A stretch of DNA of 64,000 nt from Patescibacteria group bacterium (GCA_004297215.1 SCUM01000001.1:353181-417180), one strand, 5' to 3'. Positions 1 to 9,722 are shown, numbered from the stretch's first letter. The notes: generated by a model not told the origin, from the letters alone. Program-made: numbers and translations.

Positions 1-580
1 CTAAAGGAGAGGGGTGGCTCGGCAGCGCGGGGGCGAGCGGGGTCACGTCGACCCGGTCGTGGGGGATGCTATACGCCTCGCAAGCGGTGCGTTTCGCGTA
101 GGCGCTCACGGCGAGCAGGCGGACGGCGCGATGGACGACGGAATAGGTCTTGAACTCCAACGACATGCGCTGTCGTTCCTCATAGAGCTCGGGATGCAGG
201 CGGAACTCCACGTCGTGCACGACGCCTGCGAGCTTCGTCTTCCCCGAAAACGCCGGGAAGCCTTGGGCCGGGACGAACAGCACGTCCACAGACCCCCTAT
301 CGTCCCCCTTCCCAAGGGGGACACGCGACCGCATCAGTTCCCAACCCACGCGCAGCGGCATCCATCCCCTCCCCGGCAGCCACGACAGCACCTTTGACGA
401 CCAGCCGGCGGGAAGGTCGGCAAGCGCCCCTTCGAGCGGCGCGGGTGAAAACAAAACCACGCGCTCGTCGCCGCGCAGCGCGTGGTTCTTCATGGCTTCG
501 ATCAGGCGGAAGGCATACCACTCGACACCCGTCTTTGTGGGTTTGGCGGCAGAGGAAGCGTCGATGGCGATGAGGGGCAT
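1..580 (-). CDS. Glycosyltransferase family 1 (GT-B fold), partial; C-terminus lies beyond the window start
   Basis: Minus-strand translation from the ATG at 578-580 reads MPLIAIDASSAAKPTKTGVEWYAFRLIEAMKNHALRGDERVVLFSPAPLEG...VDVLFVPAQGFPAF...VVHDVEFRLHPELY, typical of a GT1/GT4 N-terminal domain. It has no stop, so it is absent from the ORF track. Confidence 0.6.
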   Translation of the reverse strand, partial: MPLIAIDASSAAKPTKTGVEWYAFRLIEAMKNHALRGDERVVLFSPAPLEGALADLPAGWSSKVLSWLPGRGWMPLRVGWELMRSRVPLGKGDDRGSVDVLFVPAQGFPAFSGKTKLAGVVHDVEFRLHPELYEERQRMSLEFKTYSVVHRAVRLLAVSAYAKRTACEAYSIPHDRVDVTPLAPALPSHPSPL

Positions 581-586
581 AGCGAT

Positions 587-722
587 GAAAACTTGAAATC
601 TTGAAAACTTGAAGGACCAAAGGGGGACGGAAAGGTTGAAGGACGAAGGTTAAAATTTCATTCTTTCTCCATTCGACCTTTCCACGGACCTTTGGTCCTT
701 CAAGATTTGGTTCTTCAAGTTT
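587..722. repeat. Intergenic word-palindrome hairpin element of the ttgaag/ggaccaaagg family (R1)
   Basis: An imperfect inverted repeat of about 136 bp built from the words gaaaacttgaagg and ggaccaaagg and their complements, centred near 655. Copies of the same family occur at 28055-28197, 39228-39375 and 61484-61622. Confidence 0.8.
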
Positions 723-1727
723 TCAACTCGTAAAGATGCTTCTCTTGTACGCCTCCAGATTCTCCAATGCCACCCCAGTCCCCTTAACGACACACTGCTG
801 CGGATCCTCGGCGACGAAGGTGGGGACGCCGGTCGCCTCGGCAAGCAGCGTGTCGAGGTTGCGAAGCTGGCTCGATCCCCCGGAGAGCACGATCCCCTTG
901 TCCATCACGTCGGCGGACAATTCCGGCGGCGTCTTGTGGAGCACCTCCTTCACGGTGGCGATGATCCCCTCGAGCTCGTTCTGGATGGCGGCCGTGACGT
1001 CGTCGCTTGAGATCTGCACGATCTTGGGCAGGCCCGACATCATGTCGCGGCCCTTCACGTCCATGGTGAGGCGCTCGGGCATGTACATGGCCGAGCCGAT
1101 GTTGATCTTGATGTCCTCGGCCGTGCGCTCCCCCACCGCCAGGCCGTACTTGCGGCGGACGTATTCCATGATGGCGGCGTCGAACTTCACCCCGCCGATG
1201 CGCACCGATTCGGACGCCACGATGCCGCCGAGCGAGATGACGGCCATTTCCGACGTGCCTCCGCCGATGTCGATGATCATGTGGCCGCTCGGGCTCCCGA
1301 TCGGGATGTTGGCGCCGATCGCGGCCACGATGGGCTCCTTGATGACGTACGCGGCCTTGGCGCCCGCCGCGATCGCGGCGTCGATCACCGCGCGCCGCTC
1401 AGTGCTCGTGATGCCGCCCGGCACCGCCACCATCACCTCGGGACGGAACAATCGCATGCCGCCCAGCGCCTTGTTGATGAAATAGCGCAGCATCGCCTCG
1501 GTAGTGCGGTAGTCGGCGATGACGCCGTCCTTGAGCGGACGGCGCGCGACGATGGTGTCCGGGGTGCGTCCGAGCATGTCCTTCGCCTCCTTTCCCACCG
1601 CGAGCACCTTGTTGTCGATCGAGGACACCGCGACGACCGAAGGCTCGTGGATGATGATGCCGCGCTTGGGCACGTACACCAGTACCGTGGTGGTGCCAAG
1701 GTCGATCCCGATCTTTTTTGCGAACAT
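723..1727 (-). CDS. mreB: Rod shape-determining protein MreB (actin-like ATPase)
   Basis: MFAKKIGIDLGTTTVLVYV...GIVLSGGSSQLRNLDTLLAEATGVPTFVAEDPQQCVVKGTG. The start was trimmed to MFAKK (ATG at 1725-1727); the upstream ORF-track extension runs into the hairpin repeat. Confidence 0.95.
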   Translation of the reverse strand: MFAKKIGIDLGTTTVLVYVPKRGIIIHEPSVVAVSSIDNKVLAVGKEAKDMLGRTPDTIVARRPLKDGVIADYRTTEAMLRYFINKALGGMRLFRPEVMVAVPGGITSTERRAVIDAAIAAGAKAAYVIKEPIVAAIGANIPIGSPSGHMIIDIGGGTSEMAVISLGGIVASESVRIGGVKFDAAIMEYVRRKYGLAVGERTAEDIKINIGSAMYMPERLTMDVKGRDMMSGLPKIVQISSDDVTAAIQNELEGIIATVKEVLHKTPPELSADVMDKGIVLSGGSSQLRNLDTLLAEATGVPTFVAEDPQQCVVKGTGVALENLEAYKRSIFTS

Positions 1728-1734
1728 AGATAAA

Positions 1735-1800
1735 GGCGTGAAGGCCTCAGGCGTTGAAGGCCTCAAGGCCTTGTCCGCCTGCGGGCCTACAAAGCCACTT
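1735..1800. repeat. Word-palindrome hairpin of the aaggcctcaggc family (R2) between mreB and the DUF4012-like gene
   Basis: ggcgtgaaggcctcaggcgttgaaggcctcaaggccttgtccgcctgcgggcct, an imperfect palindrome. It is related to 3794-3866 and to a split copy inside the CDS at 24627-24736. Confidence 0.7.
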
Positions 1801-3793
1801 CAAACACCCGGTCCTTATCCAAAACGGTCTCCAGCTCGTATACGTCATTTCCCCACTTGTCGCGGCCCTCCGGGACCGACGCGCTCGTGACGTTCTTATC
1901 AAAATCAAGGCGCAACGTCAAACCTCCCTCCTGCGCTCCGGCCTGCTTGAAGACCTTCAGGCGATAGGAGCCTGAGGCGATGGATTCGACCACCGACGGC
2001 GCGAGGAGATACTCGAAGACGAGGTCGCGCGAAGTCCCCGGTTCGATCGACGTGAACGCGCCGAACACCGTGAAGCCGAGCTCTTGCCCGACGTCGGCCC
2101 CTCCCGCGGCGCCGGAGGGCTCATGCAGGCGGTCGTCCTTGAGCGCGCCGGTGACGCGGATGAACTCGCTCCCCGCCGGCACGTACACGCGGGCGTAGGT
2201 GCGGTAGCGCGTGGTCTTCCAATCGAAGCGTCCCTCGTGGTCGTAATGGATGGTGACGCGACCCACGTATTGTCCGGAAGAATTCTTGAACGTCTCGTAT
2301 CGGAGCGTGCGCTTGACGGCCGGGTCGGTCTTGAGGCTCGCGAGGTTCGCGTCCACCGCCATGAGCGCGTCGCCCCAGGCCGGAGACGCGACGCGCCCGC
2401 CCCAACCCACGGCGTCGATCACCCGCTGCGACGACGGATCCTCGCTGTAGAGGAGGAGGGATTTCGCGACGAGCGCGCGCTCGGCCGCCTGCGCGATCTC
2501 GCCCCAACGCGACACGGGCATCGCCTCGAGCCGCGCCTTCATCCGTTCCACGAGCTCGGCGACGATCTCCTTGCGCTGGGCGAGCGGGATGCCCTGCCCC
2601 GCGTAGCCGACCTCCACCTGGTACTCCAGCTTGTCGTAGACGTTCTCCGAGGAGAAGGTCTGCCCGCCCGCCTCGATGGGGCCGGTAAGCCGCAACAGGT
2701 CGGCGGCGAACGCGGGGGTGAAGCCGATCACGCCGTCAAACGCCGTCGGGGTGCCGCCACCAAGCTCCTGTTCGGATCGGAACAGGCGCAACGCGTCGCG
2801 CGAGGACGCGGCGAAGTCCGGCGACCAGTTAGCGTCGCGGAAGAACCATTTCTGCGCGCCCAGCCAGCGGCGCAGCGGTTCGGGCGGCACCTGCGTGACC
2901 CGCGCCTCGGCCGGGCCGTCGAGCGCGTACGCGTCGTGGGTGTAGAGCGCCGCGATGTCGGCATCCTTCACCGTCAGCGCGCCGTAGGTCCCGATGAACC
3001 CGCCGCCCGGACGCAGCTCCGCGTCGTTCAAGAACAGGAGCAGCGACGTCTTTGACCCGTCGATGCCGGCGAACGCCGGGAGGACGCGCGCGGCACGTGA
3101 GAGCAGGCGCAGCGTTTCCTCCGCCTGCGCCAGCTTCCCTGCAAGCGGTACCAGCGCGGCGAACGTGCCGGAGGCGACTCCCTCGCGGTCGGCTTGCGCG
3201 AGCTCGGCGCGCGCGATCGCGATGCGCTCCGCGGTCTCATCGAGCTCGTCCGCGGACGCGACGAGTCGGCGCAGGAGCAGGCGCTTGGTGGCCGACGGCA
3301 GGTCTCCCAGGCTCGTGCCCGGCGAAGCGCCTTCCGAAAGGGCCTGGAGGTCGGCGGCGGAAAGCCCCGAGAGGCGCGCGAGGTCGGCGCCGAGGGTGGC
3401 CGCGATCTTGAGCGCCTCCACGGCGGAGCGGCCCGCGGCGGCGAGCGCGGAGGCCGCCCGAGCCTGCGGAGCGACCCACGGCAGGAACTCGAGCGGCAGG
3501 AGGGCGGCGGCGTTGCGGTCGGCGCGGGCGAACCGCTCGTCGGCGCGCTCGAGCTCGAAGAGCGCCGTGTCGAAATCCAGCGATTCCGCCGCGTCACGGG
3601 CGGCCTCGAGCGCGGCGCGGCCGTCGGAGGCGGCGGCGTACAGGGCGCCGAGCGCGACCGCGAGCCAGATGGCGTACCCGACGAGGACGGTCGCGACGAG
3701 CGTCGCGGCGATCACAAGGCCCCGCTTGATGCCGTGACGGCGATGAACGGGAGCGGGTTCCGCGCGATGGAGGAAATTAGCGCTGTGGGACAT
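1787..3793 (-). CDS. Membrane-anchored DUF4012-like envelope protein
   Basis: 668 aa with an N-terminal TM helix (LVIAATLVATVLVGYAIWLAVALGALYAAA) and a long extracytoplasmic region. Length, architecture and clustering with glycosyltransferases match DUF4012 proteins. The family assignment is from memory, not a search. Confidence 0.55.
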   Translation of the reverse strand: MSHSANFLHRAEPAPVHRRHGIKRGLVIAATLVATVLVGYAIWLAVALGALYAAASDGRAALEAARDAAESLDFDTALFELERADERFARADRNAAALLPLEFLPWVAPQARAASALAAAGRSAVEALKIAATLGADLARLSGLSAADLQALSEGASPGTSLGDLPSATKRLLLRRLVASADELDETAERIAIARAELAQADREGVASGTFAALVPLAGKLAQAEETLRLLSRAARVLPAFAGIDGSKTSLLLFLNDAELRPGGGFIGTYGALTVKDADIAALYTHDAYALDGPAEARVTQVPPEPLRRWLGAQKWFFRDANWSPDFAASSRDALRLFRSEQELGGGTPTAFDGVIGFTPAFAADLLRLTGPIEAGGQTFSSENVYDKLEYQVEVGYAGQGIPLAQRKEIVAELVERMKARLEAMPVSRWGEIAQAAERALVAKSLLLYSEDPSSQRVIDAVGWGGRVASPAWGDALMAVDANLASLKTDPAVKRTLRYETFKNSSGQYVGRVTIHYDHEGRFDWKTTRYRTYARVYVPAGSEFIRVTGALKDDRLHEPSGAAGGADVGQELGFTVFGAFTSIEPGTSRDLVFEYLLAPSVVESIASGSYRLKVFKQAGAQEGGLTLRLDFDKNVTSASVPEGRDKWGNDVYELETVLDKDRVFEVAL

Positions 3794-3866
3794 GAGAGAA
3801 AGGCGTTAAGGCCTCAGGCGGACAAGGCCCACAGGACCTTTCACGCCTGCGGGCCTGAGGGCCTTA
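3794..3866. repeat. Word-palindrome hairpin of the aaggcctcaggc family (R3); its right arm overlaps the last codons of the GT2 gene
   Basis: gaaaggcgttaaggcctcaggcggacaaggcccacaggacctttcacgcctgcgggcctgagggccttaagg. The right arm encodes the C-terminal residues ...LRPSGPQA of the GT2 gene at 3841-4662. Confidence 0.7.
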
Positions 3867-4662
3867 AGGATTTTCCTTTCCATTTCTTATAATAGTATAG
3901 CGCACTTCGGAGCTGGATCCTCGTGAGCGGGTTCATGAGCTGGCGCCAGAGGCTGCCCTCGGCCGTCTCGCGGCGATGATAATGGACGAGTTTCGCCCCT
4001 GGATGATAGGTGACCTTCCATCCGGCTTCCCAGAACCGACGGCACCAGTCCTGATCCTCGAAATACACGAAGAAGCCCGGGTCGAACCCGCCCACCTGCT
4101 CGTACGCCGTTCGCCGCACGCACAGGGCGGCCCCGAGCATGTAGTCCACGTCGCGGCTCTCCGTATGGTCCCACTCGGCCATGACATAGGCGTCGAGCGC
4201 CCGCCGCGCGCGCGGAAACAGCGGCGCGAGCCACGGCAGGCGCCGCCAGGCGATCACCTCCGGCGCCATGAAGCGGAAGCAGCTGTGCTGGACGGCGCCG
4301 TCCGGACGCAACAGCTGCGGCCCGCACATCCCCACCTCCGGGGAGGCGTCCATGAACCGCACGAGCTCCTCGAGCGCGCCTGAGAACACCGCGATGTCCG
4401 GATTGAACACCAACAAGTACCGCCCCGTGGCCTCCCCCATGGCGCGGTTCATCCCGCCGCCGAACCCGAGATGCCGGTCCGGGACGATCAGCCTGACCTC
4501 GGGAAATTCCCGGCGAACGGCCTCCGCCACGCGCATGGAAGGGTTGTTGTCCACCACGATCACCTCGTACGAGAGCTTGGGCGCCACGAGACGGATCCCC
4601 TTGAGCGTCTGCCGAAGCAGCCCGGGCGTGTTGTAATGGACGATGAGAATTGATAAATCCAT
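3841..4662 (-). CDS. Glycosyltransferase family 2
   Basis: MDLSILIVHYNTPGLLRQTLKGIRLVAPKLSYEVIVVDNNPS...LLVFNPDIAVF, a GT-A fold with a DxD-type motif. Confidence 0.85.
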   Translation of the reverse strand: MDLSILIVHYNTPGLLRQTLKGIRLVAPKLSYEVIVVDNNPSMRVAEAVRREFPEVRLIVPDRHLGFGGGMNRAMGEATGRYLLVFNPDIAVFSGALEELVRFMDASPEVGMCGPQLLRPDGAVQHSCFRFMAPEVIAWRRLPWLAPLFPRARRALDAYVMAEWDHTESRDVDYMLGAALCVRRTAYEQVGGFDPGFFVYFEDQDWCRRFWEAGWKVTYHPGAKLVHYHRRETAEGSLWRQLMNPLTRIQLRSALYYYKKWKGKSLRPSGPQA

Positions 4663-4745
4663 ACGAGGGGCAGATGGCAGTTGGCAGATGGTAGTCGGGG
4701 TCTTATGGCCCCCTAACTGCTAACTGCCCACTGCCAACTGCATTA
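4663..4745. repeat. Word-palindrome hairpin of the gcagatggcag/ctgccaactgc family (R4)
   Basis: ggggcagatggcagttggcagatggtagtcgggg / ccccctaactgctaactgcccactgccaactgc, an imperfect palindrome that exactly fills the spacer between the two GT2 genes. Confidence 0.75.
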
Positions 4746-5795
4746 CTACACGAACCACTTCCTCATCTCCTTCGCGCTTGCCTTGCGAGAGCGCATGATC
4801 TCGCGGCGCTTGCGCAGCATGCGCGGGAGCCGCGCGAGCGCTTGGACGAACGCGCCGAGGTTGCGCGTCTCGAACACGGCGACGTACGCCAGCTGCAGCG
4901 CCTCCCGGCACAGGATCCACGGCGAGGCGAGCAGGCCGTTCACGAACAGCTCGTCCTTCATGAGCATGTTCCAATGGTTGCGGGCGGAATAGCCGGAACG
5001 CGCCTGGGAACGCCCGAACCGTTCGCGCAGGCGCTTGAACGCTCCGGCCGACTCGCTCCCGCCCATGGCGCGATGGTGGTGCGCGCGCGCCTCCGGCACG
5101 AACAGGGCGGAGAACCCGGCGAGGCGCAGCCGCCAGGCAAGGTCGACGTCTTCCTTATACGCGAAGAAGTCCGCGTCGAAATATTCTTCGTCGACCTTCA
5201 CGTCCTCGAGCGCGGAGGCGCGATAGAGCGCGAGCGCGCCGGAAATCCCGAACACGTCGGTCAGGGCGTCGTACTGTCCGCGATCGAGCTCGCCCGCCCC
5301 GCGATCGGCCACCGTGCGAGCGCGCGTGCCCCGCAGCCCCGTGGAATCGATGACGTCGCTCTTCACCGTCTCGCGCAGGTCCTCGTCTTCCAGGCGCTCA
5401 CGCGAGGCGCGCAACAGCTTCCCTCCGAGGCTCCCGGCCTCGGGGTGCGCATCGGCGGCCGCGACGATCTTCTCCAGGAAGTCCGGCGCGAGGATGACGT
5501 CCGGGTTCACCACGAGCGCGTAACGGCGCGCGAGGTCGTCGGAGGGCCAATGCGAGAGGGCGTAGCGGATCCCCTGGTTGTGCGCGGCCGCGAACCCGAG
5601 GTTGCGCGCGTTGCGCAGGTACGCCACGCGAGGATGATGCGCGCGCACGTACGCCTCGCTCCCGTCCACGCTGCCGTTGTCGATGATGAACGCTTGGAAA
5701 TCCCGGAACGTCTGCGCTTCCACGGACGCAAGAAGCTCCGGCAGGTACCGGAGGCTGTTCCAAGCGACGATGGTGAGATGGACGCGGGGAGTCAT
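4746..5795 (-). CDS. Glycosyltransferase family 2
   Basis: MTPRVHLTIVAWNSLRYLPELLASVEAQTFRDFQAFIIDNGSVDGSEAYV. The start was trimmed to MTPRVH (ATG at 5793-5795); the ORF-track extension MKNVGCRIFFILHPTVYILHPT is the translated hairpin repeat. Confidence 0.85.
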   Translation of the reverse strand: MTPRVHLTIVAWNSLRYLPELLASVEAQTFRDFQAFIIDNGSVDGSEAYVRAHHPRVAYLRNARNLGFAAAHNQGIRYALSHWPSDDLARRYALVVNPDVILAPDFLEKIVAAADAHPEAGSLGGKLLRASRERLEDEDLRETVKSDVIDSTGLRGTRARTVADRGAGELDRGQYDALTDVFGISGALALYRASALEDVKVDEEYFDADFFAYKEDVDLAWRLRLAGFSALFVPEARAHHHRAMGGSESAGAFKRLRERFGRSQARSGYSARNHWNMLMKDELFVNGLLASPWILCREALQLAYVAVFETRNLGAFVQALARLPRMLRKRREIMRSRKASAKEMRKWFV

Positions 5796-5797
5796 GG

Positions 5798-5868
5798 CGG
5801 TAGGATGAAGGATGTAGACTGTAGGATGAAGGATGAAAAATATCCTACATCCTACATTCTTCATCCTA
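5798..5868. repeat. Word-palindrome hairpin of the gtaggatgaagg family (R5)
   Basis: gtaggatgaaggatgtagactgtaggatgaaggatg aaaaata tcctacatcctacattcttcatcctac. Confidence 0.75.
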
Positions 5869-5873
5869 CATAT

Positions 5874-7361
5874 TTATCTAAGCTTCTTCGTGACGTTGAA
5901 CCCGAGATAGGAGCCCAGCAGGAACCGCGTCTGCGCGTCGATCGCCGGCAGGGCGCCGAACAGGATGAAGGTGACGGGGAGCAGCAGCCACTGCGCCACC
6001 ATGAGCAGCCACGCCCATCCCTTCACCGATGCCGGGCGCGGCGGGAGCAGCGTGAGCGACAGGATCCCGGACACGAACACGCCGGCCATGGCGAGCTGCA
6101 TGATGTGCTGGAGCGTGAACGGGGCGGCCTGGATGAGCGCGTCCGGGTCGCGCACGAGCGCGAGCGGGAGCTGGCCGAACAGGAAGATGAGCAACGGCGC
6201 CGTGGCCCAGGTGTACATCCCTTCCAGGTGGTTGAACAGGTACCGCGCCTTCTTCATGAGCGGGATCCCTGGCGCGGCGCCAAACGCCGCGACCATCGCG
6301 GGAAGATGCTCCACCCCCCATGCCCAACGCCGCTGCTGCTTGTAGAGCGCCTTGAGCGCAGCCACGTACGTCTCCCCGGAAACGGCGTCCATGGACACGG
6401 GGAGGTACAGGGGCGTGACGCGATAGTCGCCGCGGTAATGCACGAACGCCTGCAGGAAGATGCGGCTGTCCTCCGAGACGATGTCCTTCTGCCAGAACCG
6501 GACGTCCTTGAGCATCTTCCACGGCATGGAGTGGCTGGAGAAGGTCCACAGCCGCTCGGGGCGCGCGAGCTCGCCCATGAGCCAGAAGGTGGTGCCGAAC
6601 GCGGCGATGCGCACCGGCGCCGGCGCGGTCCAGATGGTGTTGGAAAACAGCACTACCGGCTGGTAGCTGCAGCGCAGGGGGTCCTCGACGGTGAGATACG
6701 TGCGCGCGAGGTACGAGAAGTACTGCGGATGCACCACCGTGTCCACGTCGAACGCCGAAACGATCAGGTCCTCGTCCTTCAGGGTCGGGAACTCGGCGGT
6801 GAGGACCTCATCCGCGCGGTGTCCGGCCCAGTTGAGGTTGGATCCCTTCCCCGGGATCTCGTCCGGCAGCCCGGCGGGATGTTCCGTGACGATCAGCTTC
6901 TTGAAGCGGTGACCGAACTCGCGCTCGATCGCGGCGGCGTTCTTGCGGAACCGATGCGCGTCGCGCTCTTCGCCGGCAAGCACCACGATCATGCGCTCGT
7001 GCGGCACGTGGGCGGACAGGAGCGATCGCAGCGTGGCGCGGATGACCGACAGTTCTTCCTTGTACGTGGGGAGGAACACCAGGTGGTGGATGCGTTCATG
7101 CCCCGGGATCTCCCGCACCCGCGCGGCCCAGTCCACCTTCGAGGCGCGGCGCACTTCCACCCAGGCGATCACCAGGAAGATGATGAAATACGCCACGCGG
7201 AAGAACCAGTACAGGTCGAACACGATGATGAACACCACCACGTACACCGGGGCGAAGAACGACAAGGCGAGTCCAAGGATGAGCGTCCCCCACACGAGCG
7301 CCCCCGGAAGCATCTCCCAAAAGCGCATGCGGCCGTACTTATAGCCGTAAAAGCCGTCCAT
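5874..7361 (-). CDS. Membrane-embedded processive family 2 beta-glycosyltransferase (cellulose/chitin-synthase-like, QxxRW motif)
   Basis: 495 aa with N-terminal TM helices, a GT2 core (FDVDTVVHP) and the processive-GT signature YKQQRRWAWGVEH, followed by C-terminal TM helices. Confidence 0.8.
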   Translation of the reverse strand: MDGFYGYKYGRMRFWEMLPGALVWGTLILGLALSFFAPVYVVVFIIVFDLYWFFRVAYFIIFLVIAWVEVRRASKVDWAARVREIPGHERIHHLVFLPTYKEELSVIRATLRSLLSAHVPHERMIVVLAGEERDAHRFRKNAAAIEREFGHRFKKLIVTEHPAGLPDEIPGKGSNLNWAGHRADEVLTAEFPTLKDEDLIVSAFDVDTVVHPQYFSYLARTYLTVEDPLRCSYQPVVLFSNTIWTAPAPVRIAAFGTTFWLMGELARPERLWTFSSHSMPWKMLKDVRFWQKDIVSEDSRIFLQAFVHYRGDYRVTPLYLPVSMDAVSGETYVAALKALYKQQRRWAWGVEHLPAMVAAFGAAPGIPLMKKARYLFNHLEGMYTWATAPLLIFLFGQLPLALVRDPDALIQAAPFTLQHIMQLAMAGVFVSGILSLTLLPPRPASVKGWAWLLMVAQWLLLPVTFILFGALPAIDAQTRFLLGSYLGFNVTKKLR

Positions 7362-7373
7362 AATCGAAAGAAT

Positions 7374-7412
7374 CCTAACAAAAAACCGCCCTTGAGTCTA
7401 GGGCGGTCTTCG
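7374..7412 (-). terminator. Rho-independent terminator downstream of the 7420-8310 gene
   Basis: The minus strand reads ggcgaagaccgccctagactcaagggcggttttttt: a 7-bp GC stem followed by a U-run. Confidence 0.6.
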
Positions 7413-7419
7413 CCATATC

Positions 7420-8310
7420 CTACTCTATTTCCTTCCATTCCTTCTCACGCTCCTTCATGCTTTTTTCCAACTTCTTACGGACATCCTGAATCGTCATCGG
7501 CGTATGCGCCTGCTTCCCCCGATAATCGACCCAGAGTTCCCCATTGCCGACATCGAGGTGCGAGCTTTCGACAAAATCCCTATACGTTCCACCAAGCTCA
7601 TTGATGCTCTCGACGTTTATAGACTTACCCATTGCCATAAGCGTCAGCCAGTCACTGAAATAATTGTGACTCACGGAAACTAGGTGGGTAGGTCTGTCCG
7701 GAAAGTGTTTTTTTGAAAGCTGATCCATGCGTTCAACATAATCCACAGCTAGGAAAGCGTATTCTTCCGGCGTTTGGATGAATTCGGCTGGATTAATCGT
7801 CGAAGGATCTATGTCTGGATGTGTACGTCTAAGTTCCTCCTTGAGCGCGGGGATTTCTTCCTTCCTTGCGGTCCAAATCTTTCCTACGATGGACTCATCT
7901 TTGTAGAGGCTGCGCCATTTTTGAAAAGCTGAGTCAGCCAGATCCTCCTTCCTGAGACTGTATCCGAGCATGGTTTGCGGAGCCGTCTCCGTGATGAGAA
8001 GTTTCTTGTCAGTTCTGGTTTTAGCTTCATCAATTTTCTCAGCATCCTTCACGGATACAGCTTCGAAGTCGCCATCTTGTGAAACCAGGTCGAGTAAACT
8101 TGATTCCAAGGTCCGCTTTGTATCAATTGCACGGCCGATGTTTGAAGAAAAAAGCACAATGACAGCAGGAGCAGGAATCTCCTTTAGACGTTCGTAAAGC
8201 TCATGCGCCTTTTTCTTGGCCTGTTCAATCCCCTGTTCGGATAATCCTTCCCCCTTCTTGTGTCCGTGACGCATGATCTCGAACTGTGTGCCCGACCGTC
8301 GTTCCGTCAT
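7420..8310 (-). CDS. Histidine phosphatase superfamily protein (phosphoglycerate-mutase-like branch), paralog 1
   Basis: The N-terminus FEIMRHGHKKGEGLSEQGIEQAKK matches the RHG catalytic motif plus the LTEKGREQA-type segment, and a second His motif is present (LVSVSHNYFSDWL). The start was set to MTERR (ATG at 8308-8310), which forms an ATGA overlap with the stop of the 8307-9521 gene. It lies in the lower-GC island. Confidence 0.6.
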   Translation of the reverse strand: MTERRSGTQFEIMRHGHKKGEGLSEQGIEQAKKKAHELYERLKEIPAPAVIVLFSSNIGRAIDTKRTLESSLLDLVSQDGDFEAVSVKDAEKIDEAKTRTDKKLLITETAPQTMLGYSLRKEDLADSAFQKWRSLYKDESIVGKIWTARKEEIPALKEELRRTHPDIDPSTINPAEFIQTPEEYAFLAVDYVERMDQLSKKHFPDRPTHLVSVSHNYFSDWLTLMAMGKSINVESINELGGTYRDFVESSHLDVGNGELWVDYRGKQAHTPMTIQDVRKKLEKSMKEREKEWKEIE

Positions 8311-9521
8311 AGATGAGAGGTATATTTGGCAGCCCGTTTTAAGACCGTAATCTTGCCGTTGGTGGCATCGAGCTCGATCAGGTCCCCATCGCGGATGATA
8401 TCCGTCGCGTGATGGGTGGCTACGAGACACGGTACGCCAAGTTCACGAGACATGATGGCGGCATGCGAATTCAATCCGCCCTGGTTCGCGATGATTCCAC
8501 CGGCCTTTTTCATGAGCGGAACGAACTCGGGCGAAGTCGTCTCCGTGACCAGGATGGTTCCCTGCGGCATTTCCATCAGGTGTACGCTCTTTACGAAATC
8601 CTCATAACTCTTCCCGTATTCCGGCAAGATGACACGGGCGCGCGCTGTCACTTTTCCACGGTTCGCGATCGTCCCGCCGCATTCCGTCATGTTCGAATAA
8701 TCAGGTTCTGCGAAACGCCCGAGAACTAATTTCTTGTCGATACCATCCAATTCGTACCCGCGTCCGTTCTCGGAATAAATCAGGTACGAATGCTGACGTG
8801 CCCTGATGATGGTATCAGGCGCCAGAGTACCTTGTTCTAACAGGCGAATGAGCTGCTTAATGCTGTAAAATTTCACGTCTTCCACGTTCGTCCCATGTTG
8901 TGCGGCGGCCAAATCCGCATAATGGTAGAGGCAGGTGGTGAGCAATTCGACAAGTAAAGGGCGGCTCTTCATCTTGAGGTCGTCACCCAAGACCAACATG
9001 TTTTTCTCCAACAAGGCGTCGGTATTTTCGAAACAGCCATCTGTGAAGAAAAATTCGGTCTTTTCAAAGTAGTAATACAGCTTCTGGACAATCGCCTTGA
9101 GGTCGCAGACGTCATTGATGGTAACGACGGTCTTTTGACGGGACGTCTTGAGATAGGATTCGCTTTCAGCGATGACTTCTCGGAATCCTTTCTCAAAACG
9201 AACAAAATTTTCCTCTTGTGAAAAGATAGCCCGGCCGATCTTCATGGTCTCCGCCGCGATGGAACGTGGGATGTACGAGCGCAACAGGTCATTTTCATAC
9301 ATCCACAAGAAGCCCCGGTCGAAGTAATGCTGCGCGGAAAAATCTATAAGAAGATAACCCAACCCCTTGAAGTTAAAGGCACGGATATAGTCTTTCGGCG
9401 TAATTTTCTCCAATTGATACATAGGCATGATCATTAGCATGTAGCCTATCAAAAACATCGACACGAGGCTAGATTTTCCCTGAAAAATTAAGATGGGTTC
9501 TGTAACTACTGCAAAAACCAT
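8307..9521 (-). CDS. PEP-utilizing-enzyme mobile (phosphohistidine swivel) domain protein with a novel N-terminal region, paralog A
   Basis: The C-terminus GGIIANQGGLNSHAAIMSRELGVPCLVATHHATDIIRDGDLIELDATNGKITVLKRA is the PEP-utilizers His domain (GGxxSHAAIxAREL). The roughly 300-aa N-terminal region has no domain I can recognise. GC is about 48%. Confidence 0.7.
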   Translation of the reverse strand: MVFAVVTEPILIFQGKSSLVSMFLIGYMLMIMPMYQLEKITPKDYIRAFNFKGLGYLLIDFSAQHYFDRGFLWMYENDLLRSYIPRSIAAETMKIGRAIFSQEENFVRFEKGFREVIAESESYLKTSRQKTVVTINDVCDLKAIVQKLYYYFEKTEFFFTDGCFENTDALLEKNMLVLGDDLKMKSRPLLVELLTTCLYHYADLAAAQHGTNVEDVKFYSIKQLIRLLEQGTLAPDTIIRARQHSYLIYSENGRGYELDGIDKKLVLGRFAEPDYSNMTECGGTIANRGKVTARARVILPEYGKSYEDFVKSVHLMEMPQGTILVTETTSPEFVPLMKKAGGIIANQGGLNSHAAIMSRELGVPCLVATHHATDIIRDGDLIELDATNGKITVLKRAAKYTSHL

Positions 9522-9722
9522 TTTTTCAAGGGTTTTCGGTTGACAAGGGCGTTAATTTCTGCTATCTTTCAACGTTGTTCGTTCCATCCAATCTACTGTT
9601 GAAAGCGGTATTTTGCAGCCGAAGTTCGGCGTCAAATAGCCGTTTTCAACAAAAGGAAAATCGTGGATCAATGGTTTGTTCCAAGATGTACCTACGGCAT
9701 ACGTGAAAGGCAGGGTAGTTAA

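Noticed and set aside
4842-7604. A 920-aa + strand ORF, and similar very long ORFs at 36619-39237 (+), 43201-45039 (+), 47502-49907 (+), 25863-28049 (+), 60024-62288 (+), 17166-18749 (-) and 53719-54912 (-)
   Set aside because: All lie antisense to well-supported genes. They are extremely rich in Arg, Gly, His, Asp and Glu with no motifs, the expected stop-codon-poor artefact of about 68% GC DNA.
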